From the NCBI GenBank assembly GCA_039190745.1, contig JBCCXZ010000088.1:1-12685 (forward strand): DNA of 12,685 bases, given 5' to 3'. Source of the DNA: Planctomycetota bacterium. GTDB lineage: Bacteria > Planctomycetota > Planctomycetia > Pirellulales > Lacipirellulaceae. Every line of letters starts with the position of its first letter. Position 1 is the first letter of the stretch. The position numbers were made by a program, and so were the translations under genes. Shown one piece after another: positions 1 through 6,766 of this stretch. Under the pieces are notes generated by a model that saw nothing but the letters and a program-made list of their open reading frames with translations, was not told where the DNA came from and did no database searches.

Positions 1-1
1 C

Positions 2-649
2 GCTGGCGGGGCGGCGGCGGGGCGGCGTGCTTCGATCGACGACATCCTGCAGTGGATCACCGCCGGGCTGTTCGGCGGCTACACCGCCCCCAACGTGCTG
101 AAGTGGGTTTGGTGGAGGCTCAACGGCGCGGGCTACTTCGTGGGCATGGTCTCAGGGGTCCTCATAGCGTTGGCCACGACACGCGCATCGGCGGTGATCG
201 AGTACCTCGCGGACCGCTTCCCAGAGACGGTCGACGCGGCGCAGTGGTCGGTCTATGTCACGCCGCTGAACCTGTTCCCGCTGCTGCTGGTGTTCAGCGG
301 GGCGGCGGCGATCGCCGCGAGCCTGCTCACCGAGCCCAACGACGAAGCGGTGGCGTGCTCCTTCTACCGCCGGGTACGGCCGTGGGGTTTCTGGAGGCCG
401 ATCCACGAGAAGGTGGTTGCCGAAGACCCATCGTTCGAGGCGAACCGCGACTTTGGTCGCGACTCGTTGAACTGCGCCATCGGCATCGTCTGGCAGGTCG
501 GCCTGTGCCTGATGCCCATGTACGCGGTGTTGCGGCGTTGGGATGCTTTCTTGTGGGCCGTGGGCGTGGTGCTCGTCACCAGCGTAGCCCTCAAGCGCCT
601 TTGGTACGACCGCCTGGAGTCCGACCCGGCTCCGGTCGGCGTGTCGTAG
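2..649 (+). CDS. Sodium:solute symporter (SSS/SLC5 family), C-terminal part; 5'-truncated by the window edge
   Basis: Frame 2 is open from base 2 to TAG at 647-649. It translates SIDDILQWITAGLFGGYTAPNVLKWVWWRLNGAGYFVGM, then hydrophobic helices and SLLT.P...FYRRVRPWGFWRPI, which is typical of the C-terminus of sugar-associated bacterial SSS transporters. The ORF-track start at 95 is internal. Confidence 0.85.
   Translation, partial: AGGAAAGRRASIDDILQWITAGLFGGYTAPNVLKWVWWRLNGAGYFVGMVSGVLIALATTRASAVIEYLADRFPETVDAAQWSVYVTPLNLFPLLLVFSGAAAIAASLLTEPNDEAVACSFYRRVRPWGFWRPIHEKVVAEDPSFEANRDFGRDSLNCAIGIVWQVGLCLMPMYAVLRRWDAFLWAVGVVLVTSVALKRLWYDRLESDPAPVGVS
5..26. repeat. Perfect 11-bp tandem duplication (GGCGGGGCGGC x2)
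   Basis: Bases 5-15 and 16-26 are identical. Confidence 0.85.
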
Positions 650-684
650 GTTCTGTTGTCTGTCAAACCACGCGAGGGTTTGGG

Positions 685-3636
685 ATGCGTCGAGTAACTC
701 TTCTCCAGGCCGCGGTGGCGGCGGCGGTTTTCTACGGCAACGCGGTCGCGTTCGAGCACTTTGTCGCCCGGCAGGGAGACAAGTTGCTGGACGGCGAGAC
801 GCCGGTGCGGTTTGTCTCGTGGAACATCCCGAACCTGCACAACGTGGAGGACGCCTTCGGCGTGGGGCCGACGCCGTGGCATTGGCCCGACGAGTTTGAA
901 ATCGGCGACGCGCTGGAAGCGGTCCGGCAGATGGGTGGCACGGTGGTGCGCACCTACGTGCTCAGCGTGCGGCGGGAGGGCTCCGACGCCGGCGGGCACG
1001 TGCACTTGCTCGCACCGGGTGAATTCAACGAAGAGGCCTTCCGCACGCTCGACCTGGTGATGAAGGTCGCGGGCGAGAAGGGCGTGCGGGTGATCGTCCC
1101 GTTTGTCGACAACTGGCACTGGTGGGGCGGGGCGAAAGAGTACGCCGCGTTCCGCGGCAAGCCGCCCGAGGCGTTCTGGACCGACCCGGAGGTGATGGCC
1201 GATTTCAAACAGACGGTCCGCTACCTGATCAACCGCCGCAACACGCTTACCAGAGAACGGTACCGCGACGACAAAGCCCTGTTCGCCTGGGAAACCGGTA
1301 ATGAAATCGACGCCCCGCAGGAGTGGACGCGCGAGATCGCCGCGGAGATCAAACGGCTCGACCCCAACCACCTGGTGATCGACGGCCGCTCGTTGGGCGG
1401 CCTGCCCGTCGAATCGTTGGACGACCCGAACATCGACATCGTCACGACGCACCACTACCCGAACCAAGGCAACAACAACCCGGCCTCCATCCGCGAAGCC
1501 GCGGCGCTCGCCCGGGGCAAGCGGCCCTACTTCGTCGGGGAGTTCGGCTTCCTGCCGACCGACAAGACCGCGGAGATGCTCGACGCGGTCATCGACGAGG
1601 GAGCCGCCGGGGCGCTCTTGTGGAGCCTCCGATTCCGCCGCAGCGAGGGCGGGTTCTACTGGCACTCCGAAGGCGCCAGCGGGGACGCCTACAAGTCGTA
1701 CCACTGGCCGGGGTTCCCCTCCGGCGACCGCTACGACGAACGCGGTCTTTTGAGCGTGGTTCGCGACCGGGCGTTCCGCATCCGGGGCATCGAGCCGCCC
1801 GAATTCCAGCCGCCCGCAGCGCCGGTGCTGCTGCCGATCGCGGGTCCTGAGGCGATTTCTTGGAAGGGCTCGGCCGGTGCGAGCGGCTACAAGATCGAGC
1901 GGACCGAAGACCCAGAAGGTCCGCCGTGGGAGGTTGTTGCCGAAAACGTTTCTGACGCCGCGACCCAGTACCAACCGCTGTGGGCCGACGAAAGCGTGAA
2001 AGCCGGGAAGACCTACCATTACCGCGTTGTCGCCGAAGGCGCGGGGGGCGTTTCAACTCCCTCGAATGCTGTGGGGCCTGTGCGTGTTGAGCACCGCGTG
2101 CTGGTGGACGACTGCGATCGCCTCGACAAGCCCGCGTCTCACGAAGGCGGGGTCGAGGCCGTGTACGCCGATGCCAGAAAAGCCCAGGAAGACATCCACA
2201 GGTACCGGATGCAGCCGGGGGCCTCGGTCACCTACGAGCCGGGAGGCCCGATCGAGTCAGTTGCGTTCGTCGCGTACGCCGCCGGCGGTATGGGCAACCC
2301 CGTCGTCGCGGCATCGACGGGCGACGGCCGGTTCAGCCCGATGGAACTCCAACTCCCTGCGTCGGACACGGCGCCGAACGATTACGGCTACCACCGACAG
2401 ATCACTACGCCGCGGCTCAAGCTCCCGGCGGGCACGACGACGCTCAAGATCGAAGCCCCCGCGGGCGGTGAAGGCAATTTCTTGGAGCTGTCGCGGGTAG
2501 CGCTGCGCTACGGCGCGCCGAATCAACCGAAGTGGGGCGCCCAGCTCTCGCCGAGCGTGCTGCTGTTCCACAAGCGTCGGCACACCAGCGGCGTGGACTC
2601 GGTCCGCCGTGCGGCGGAACTGGGCTTCCGTCGGGTTTGCGTGGTTCCCACGATGCTCGCCGAGATCGACGAAGAGAACCATGTCATTCGTTACGCCTAC
2701 GCCGACGGGCGTGAGACGAAGCCGCTGGATCAGGCAGGCGTTGAGCGGTTCCAGGCGGCGGTGCGGGAGACGTTCGCGGAGGCCGTCGCCCACGGGATGC
2801 AGATCTCCATCGTCGCGCACCTCAACGCCGCGGGGCCGCATTACGAGTGGCGGAACAAGTTCCGCTTCGACCCGCTGGCCTTCTACGACGGGCACTCCTA
2901 CTACGAGTCGGTGCTCAAGCCGATCGCCGCGGCTTTGCAGGAGACCGTGGAGCCCGGCTCGCACGTCGAGTTTGCGGTTTGCGGCGAGATGGGCCGCAGT
3001 GTTTTTGCCTACCCGCACGAGTACATCCAAATCTTGCACGGGTTGCGGGCCGAGAACCCGTTGCTCGACCTCAAAGTCGGGGTGAGCCTTAACTTCAACG
3101 ACATAGCCGACGGGCAGAAGCTCTCCAGGACTCAACGCTTGCGTGCCGCCGCGCTGCTCCCGGCTAGCGATTTCCTGGGCATGTCGAACTACCGCTGGTT
3201 CGAGCCGCCGCCGAGGGCGGGGCAGTTCGCCGGTGCGGTGGCGGTGCTGCGGAAGCAGCTCTCGGACTTGGGCATTCCCCTGCCGGCGGCGTTGCCGCTG
3301 CACTTCTCGGAGGTCGGCATCGGCGGAGGCAACAGCGACGGCGACCTCGCCGCCTCGCCCGCGGAAGCGGCCCGAACGCCTTGGCAGGGCTCCGACAACC
3401 CAGATGAGAACCCCTGGACCGACCCCGCTATGCGTGCGTTCCGCGTCACCTACCACCGGGCGCTACTCGAGTTCCTGAGCAACCAAGACGGGCTGAACCC
3501 GGTGACCGACGCTTTCCTCTGGAGCGAGGGCTCGTGGGACCCGCTGGACACGACCGACCGCGGGTTCGTCGACGAAGAGATTCAGCAGATGATCCAGGAG
3601 CACAACCGGTCGGTCCGCCCGCACCCCGGCTATTGA
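685..3636 (+). CDS. Secreted modular glycoside hydrolase, 983 aa: GH5 endo-beta-mannanase-like domain + FN3-like domain + beta-sandwich/CBM-like domain + C-terminal putative second GH TIM barrel
   Basis: ATG at 685 lies 35 nt after the symporter stop and begins a Sec-type signal (MRRVTLLQAAVAAAVFYGNAVA|FEH). GH5 motifs: VVRTYVLS, IVPFVDNW.WWGG, AWETGNE (acid/base Glu codon 1303-1305), TTHHY, YFVGEFG (nucleophile Glu codon 1540-1542), LLWSLR. FN3-like segment at about 1810-2085: PAAPVL...ISWKGSAGASGYKIER...YHYRVVA. Confidence 0.88.
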   Translation: MRRVTLLQAAVAAAVFYGNAVAFEHFVARQGDKLLDGETPVRFVSWNIPNLHNVEDAFGVGPTPWHWPDEFEIGDALEAVRQMGGTVVRTYVLSVRREGSDAGGHVHLLAPGEFNEEAFRTLDLVMKVAGEKGVRVIVPFVDNWHWWGGAKEYAAFRGKPPEAFWTDPEVMADFKQTVRYLINRRNTLTRERYRDDKALFAWETGNEIDAPQEWTREIAAEIKRLDPNHLVIDGRSLGGLPVESLDDPNIDIVTTHHYPNQGNNNPASIREAAALARGKRPYFVGEFGFLPTDKTAEMLDAVIDEGAAGALLWSLRFRRSEGGFYWHSEGASGDAYKSYHWPGFPSGDRYDERGLLSVVRDRAFRIRGIEPPEFQPPAAPVLLPIAGPEAISWKGSAGASGYKIERTEDPEGPPWEVVAENVSDAATQYQPLWADESVKAGKTYHYRVVAEGAGGVSTPSNAVGPVRVEHRVLVDDCDRLDKPASHEGGVEAVYADARKAQEDIHRYRMQPGASVTYEPGGPIESVAFVAYAAGGMGNPVVAASTGDGRFSPMELQLPASDTAPNDYGYHRQITTPRLKLPAGTTTLKIEAPAGGEGNFLELSRVALRYGAPNQPKWGAQLSPSVLLFHKRRHTSGVDSVRRAAELGFRRVCVVPTMLAEIDEENHVIRYAYADGRETKPLDQAGVERFQAAVRETFAEAVAHGMQISIVAHLNAAGPHYEWRNKFRFDPLAFYDGHSYYESVLKPIAAALQETVEPGSHVEFAVCGEMGRSVFAYPHEYIQILHGLRAENPLLDLKVGVSLNFNDIADGQKLSRTQRLRAAALLPASDFLGMSNYRWFEPPPRAGQFAGAVAVLRKQLSDLGIPLPAALPLHFSEVGIGGGNSDGDLAASPAEAARTPWQGSDNPDENPWTDPAMRAFRVTYHRALLEFLSNQDGLNPVTDAFLWSEGSWDPLDTTDRGFVDEEIQQMIQEHNRSVRPHPGY

Positions 3637-3639
3637 CTG

Positions 3640-4581
3640 CTACCTCTTCGGCCGACCCGGCGGGCCGCGGCGGAAGTCCTCGGAGGGCGTGCCCCGAAAG
3701 TAGCGGGGGATTACCGGCCAGTCGCTAGTGAGGAAGTACGCGTAGGTTCCTTCCGGGTAGTCGGGCGTCACGCAGTGGCGTCCATTGCAGCGATCGAGGT
3801 CTCCTAGGCCGCTCTGGAACTCGTAGTCGGAGAGGAACGTCCCGTCGGGCTTGCCGCCGGGGTTACTGGGTCCGCTTGGTCGGCGCTCCTCGCGGAGGCG
3901 GTAGCTGGACTTGAGTTCCGCGGCGCCCGATGAGGCGTCTTCCGCGGCGGCGTAGCCGTAGAGCGCGTAGATCGGGAATCCGTCTGCGGCCCAGCCGACG
4001 ATCGGCGAGTGCTCGCCCGCCCGGACGCCCAGTTGTTCGAGCAGCCCGGTCGGCAGACCGTGGTAGTGGTACGCACCGGTCGGTTGTACGTGCGCGTGGT
4101 TGTGATCGATGCCCAATGGCACCGCACCCGAGAGCGCCTCGTAACGCCAGCCGCCGTGACGGTGGGCGCGGTACCACTCCGCCGCGCCGGGGTCGAAGGG
4201 CACGCCGTTCACGGCAACTCCAAAGTTTTGCAGGCCGAGCGGGGTGACCCGGTTGGCGCGTCGCGGGCGGGCCGGAACACGGTACACATACGACTGTGCG
4301 GAGATCCGGTGAGGGTTACCCCGGTTGGGGAATGCACCTGTCGGATGGCTTGGTAGTCCGTTGGAGCGTATGACCCGGTCGACGCCGGCCACTTCGATCG
4401 AAACCTGACCGCCCTGCGGCGGGGCCTGGTCGCTCGGAATCAACCGCAACCCGTCTGATTGCGTTGTGGTGTGCCGCCGGGCGATTGGGAAGCCCGGCCG
4501 ACCGCGTTGTGCGATCGCCGCCGCAGAGAGCACCGTTACACAGGCGAGTCCGAGGACAACGTTTCGGTAGTGGTGACGCAC
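3640..4581 (-). CDS. YHYH domain protein, secreted, 313 aa
   Basis: Motifs SNGLPSH, FPNRGNPH, GVAVNGVPFDP, HAHVQPTGAYHYHG, HSPIVGWAADGFPIY and LDRCNGR...TPDYPEGTYAYFLT. N-terminal signal peptide ends in AIA|Q. GTG start with AAGGA shortly upstream. Confidence 0.9.
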   Translation of the reverse strand: MRHHYRNVVLGLACVTVLSAAAIAQRGRPGFPIARRHTTTQSDGLRLIPSDQAPPQGGQVSIEVAGVDRVIRSNGLPSHPTGAFPNRGNPHRISAQSYVYRVPARPRRANRVTPLGLQNFGVAVNGVPFDPGAAEWYRAHRHGGWRYEALSGAVPLGIDHNHAHVQPTGAYHYHGLPTGLLEQLGVRAGEHSPIVGWAADGFPIYALYGYAAAEDASSGAAELKSSYRLREERRPSGPSNPGGKPDGTFLSDYEFQSGLGDLDRCNGRHCVTPDYPEGTYAYFLTSDWPVIPRYFRGTPSEDFRRGPPGRPKR

Positions 4582-4726
4582 GCTGAGTTCCTTGCTCGCG
4601 GTTATACCTTGGAGGGGGATTCTGTAGGCGGCTCCTCACAGGCCGGTTCCAGGCTGCTGATCGGCTTGAAGTCGGGCTCGTAGCGCCCTCCCATGGAAGG
4701 TTTCTTGTGGAGTAATTTTGCATAGA

Positions 4727-4768
4727 GCGGCCCGCCAGGGAGTGGCTGAAACCCCCCGGCGGAGCCGC
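4727..4768 (-). terminator. Long GC-rich hairpin, probable terminator or 3' stem of a minus-strand transcript
   Basis: Minus strand GCGGC(U)CCGCCGGGGGGU-UUCAGCC-ACUCCCUGGCGGGCCGC forms a 17-bp stem with one bulge and two G.U pairs, which would be A.C mismatches on the plus strand. Only a weak U tract (UCUAU) follows. Confidence 0.55.
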
Positions 4769-4821
4769 ACGCCGACGCTTGAGACTGGCGATCGCCTGCT
4801 CCGCCCGATCTCGCGTCGAGC

Positions 4822-4857
4822 GATGTCTCGCAAGTGCTTGATGCCTCGAAAGTGCTT
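4822..4857. repeat. 18-bp tandem repeat, 2 copies
   Basis: GATGTCTCGCAAGTGCTT (4822-4839) and GATGCCTCGAAAGTGCTT (4840-4857); 16/18 identical. Confidence 0.85.
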
Positions 4858-4892
4858 AAGTCGTGGGGTGTCTGAGCCTCGCCTCGTCGCGC

Positions 4893-4973
4893 TCGTTAAA
4901 ACTGCGTGCTTGGCGTGTCGTCATTTGAGCTTCGTCTTTGTAGAGCCGTATCGTTGGAAAACTGCGTCTTTGG
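4893..4973. repeat. Imperfect direct repeat, 2 copies about 60 bp apart
   Basis: TCGTT--AAAACTGCGTGCTTGG (4893-4913) and TCGTTGGAAAACTGCGTCTTTGG (4951-4973). Confidence 0.8.
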
Positions 4974-5039
4974 GCAAGGGCGGAGGCCGCCGAGCTCGAA
5001 ACGGTACGACTCATTTCGTTCCGTAGGCCACTGTGTTGA

Positions 5040-5069
5040 GAAACACTCCCAGCCAAGAAAAGTTCCGTA
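5040..5069 (-). promoter_or_regulatory. Putative ECF-sigma-type promoter
   Basis: Minus strand TACGGAAC-TTTTCTTGGCTGGGAGT-GTTTC. GGAACT resembles the ECF -35 element and the spacing is suitable. The -10 assignment is uncertain. Confidence 0.35.
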
Positions 5070-5232
5070 ATACCGGGAGAGAAAAAACTCAACCTTGCCG
5101 CCGCAAGCGGTTCGGATCGCGCATGGAAGAACGCGTTTCACTTATTGAACCGCCGGGAAGAGCCTGGAAGAGCGACGGCTATTCACGCCAGCGAAAACGG
5201 CTGAGACGCACTTACTGACTGCACGGAGGGTT

Positions 5233-6282
5233 CTAGGTCATGGCCCAGGAGAGGGCGCCGATGACCGGCGCCTCGTCGCCGCAGACGCTGAACTCCAGTC
5301 GGTCAAGATTCCGGAAGCCGTCCAGCGCGTGCTCCCGGTAAACCGCCTCGGCGATCTCGCGGTAGCGGTCACGCACCTCCGGCGAGAGGTCGGACACGCC
5401 CCCGCCGATCACGACCCGGTCGTAGTCGCCGAGGTAGTTGGCGTTGAGAAGAGTAATGCCGAGGGCGCGGGCCTGGTCGTCGAAAAGCTCGCAGGCCAGC
5501 GAGTCGCCCTCTGCGGCGAGTTCGCGGAGGCGTTTGGCCTTGTCTTTCGCCGAGCCTTCGGCAGCGTTGAGCGGGTGGTCTTTCCAGGCGTCGAGCGTGA
5601 GCCGGTGCGCGAGCTGGTGGGTCAGCCCGGTGAGCGACACGGCGCTCTCGGCGGTCGCCAGGGCGTTCCCGACCTTGAGGTTGCGGTCGTGGGGGTGTCG
5701 GAAGGCGTACTCCGGCAGGAGGATGTGCCCGACGTGACCGGCGCGGCCTTCGCGTCCTCGGATGGGCCGGCCATCGACAACGGCACCGCCGCCCAGCCCA
5801 GTCCCCACGATCACCATGAACAGCGAGTCGAGCTCTTCGTCCGGCAAAGTATCGGCGGGTACGTCGTCCCAAAAGATCAGGTGGCTCCGGACCGCGTACT
5901 CCCCAAGCGCGGCCGCTTGCCCGTCGCCGATGTACCGCACGTTGATGTCCGGCGCGTGGCTGCGGAGCCCTTTCTCCAGGGCCGCCCGGATCGGAAACCG
6001 GTCCCAGTGCTCGGCCTTCAGATTCGGCGTCTTGAGCAAGACGCCGTCGAGAGTGGCCGGTCCCGGCGTGGCAAGCCCGACGGTTGGCACGTCCGAGAGC
6101 GACGCCCCCAGCTTTTCGAGGTCGGCGACCGCGTGCTCCACAATCGCCCCGACCACCGAATCCGGGCCTTGGTCGGGCGACGTGGGGAACTGGTCGGGGA
6201 CGGTCAGCACCTGATTCCGATCGTCGCCGATCGCGATGGTGGTGGTTGTCCCGCCGATGTCGACGCCGAGGTAGTACTGCAT
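5233..6282 (-). CDS. ROK family sugar kinase (glucokinase-like), no HTH domain, atypical motifs, 349 aa
   Basis: N-terminal LGVDIGGT ATP-binding loop, VGLATPG, IGDGQAAALGE, VGTGLGGG, GRAGHVGH, VVIGGGVS and APVIGA. ATG at 6282. Confidence 0.9.
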   Translation of the reverse strand: MQYYLGVDIGGTTTTIAIGDDRNQVLTVPDQFPTSPDQGPDSVVGAIVEHAVADLEKLGASLSDVPTVGLATPGPATLDGVLLKTPNLKAEHWDRFPIRAALEKGLRSHAPDINVRYIGDGQAAALGEYAVRSHLIFWDDVPADTLPDEELDSLFMVIVGTGLGGGAVVDGRPIRGREGRAGHVGHILLPEYAFRHPHDRNLKVGNALATAESAVSLTGLTHQLAHRLTLDAWKDHPLNAAEGSAKDKAKRLRELAAEGDSLACELFDDQARALGITLLNANYLGDYDRVVIGGGVSDLSPEVRDRYREIAEAVYREHALDGFRNLDRLEFSVCGDEAPVIGALSWAMT

Positions 6283-6542
6283 AGCGATAAACCAAGTGTG
6301 GGGACCCGAGGCCGGATTATCGGCCGGTAGGCTCTTGCGTACCAGGGGGCTCGTGCCGGTCTGACTGCCGACTCAGCGGCGTGGTAATCTCCGGCGTCTT
6401 GAGAAGAGTTCGATCGGTCCTTGAGGCAGTTCGCACAGTTGAGGCCCGTTCACCCGGCCAAGACCCGCACAACGCCTGCAGAGCGTTTTACTGGGGGAAG
6501 TTGTTGACCGTGGTACGAAATTGGCGGACGATTCCAGAATTG

Positions 6543-6578
6543 AAAACGCCCGGCGGCCGAGTCATCGGCGCCGGGCGT
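6543..6578 (-). terminator. Intrinsic terminator downstream of tRNA-Asn
   Basis: Minus strand ACGCCCGGCGCCGA-TGAC-TCGGCCGCCGGGCGT followed by TTTCAATT, about 40 nt after the tRNA 3' end. Confidence 0.8.
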
Positions 6579-6617
6579 CTCGCTGAAGGCTATCGGGTTG
6601 CTTTACAACCCGCGAAG

Positions 6618-6693
<76 letters not shown>

Positions 6694-6737
6694 TTTGGGC
6701 CGTGCCGCCTGACGGCGGCTAGCTCGCGAAGGCTAGT

Positions 6738-6766
6738 ATAGTAGTCGGAAATCAAGTTTGCGGCAA
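6738..6766 (-). promoter_or_regulatory. Putative sigma70 promoter for tRNA-Asn
   Basis: Minus strand TTGCCG (6766-6761), 17-nt spacer, TACTAT (6743-6738), about 47 nt upstream of the tRNA. Confidence 0.6.

Larger units (their letters stand above)
4720..5035 (-). ncRNA. Candidate small RNA (or sORF transcript) of about 310 nt; no known family recognised
   Basis: Upstream GGAAC-N17-GTTTC motif, 5' hairpin at 5001-5024, internal repeated motifs and a 3' hairpin at 4727-4768. No convincing long ORF. This call is inference only. Confidence 0.35.

Noticed and set aside
52..684. N-terminal 211-aa extension of the 1194-aa ORF
   Set aside because: It overlaps the symporter in another frame and reads as Arg-rich shadow sequence. 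The signal peptide starts at ATG 685.
364..3456. Long antisense ORFs 364-2019 and 2257-3456
   Set aside because: They are mirror frames of the glycoside hydrolase caused by GC-rich codon bias and carry no motifs.
4822..4973. Possible mini-CRISPR array
   Set aside because: Each repeat has only two degenerate copies, there is no regular repeat-spacer series, and no cas genes are present.
4718..5026. Plus-strand 102-aa ORF with MSRKCL/MPRKCL repeat
   Set aside because: The start is non-standard, the composition is not protein-like, and the peptide repeat simply reflects the 18-bp DNA repeat. Local signals favour the minus strand.
5329..6330. Alternative-frame ORFs over the ROK gene (5329-6330 +, 5369-6295 -)
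   Set aside because: They are shadow ORFs; the ROK frame has all the family motifs.
6504..6532. Plus-strand TTGACC-N17-GACGAT promoter-like match
   Set aside because: The -10 is weak and it points into the tRNA terminator with no gene downstream; probably chance.
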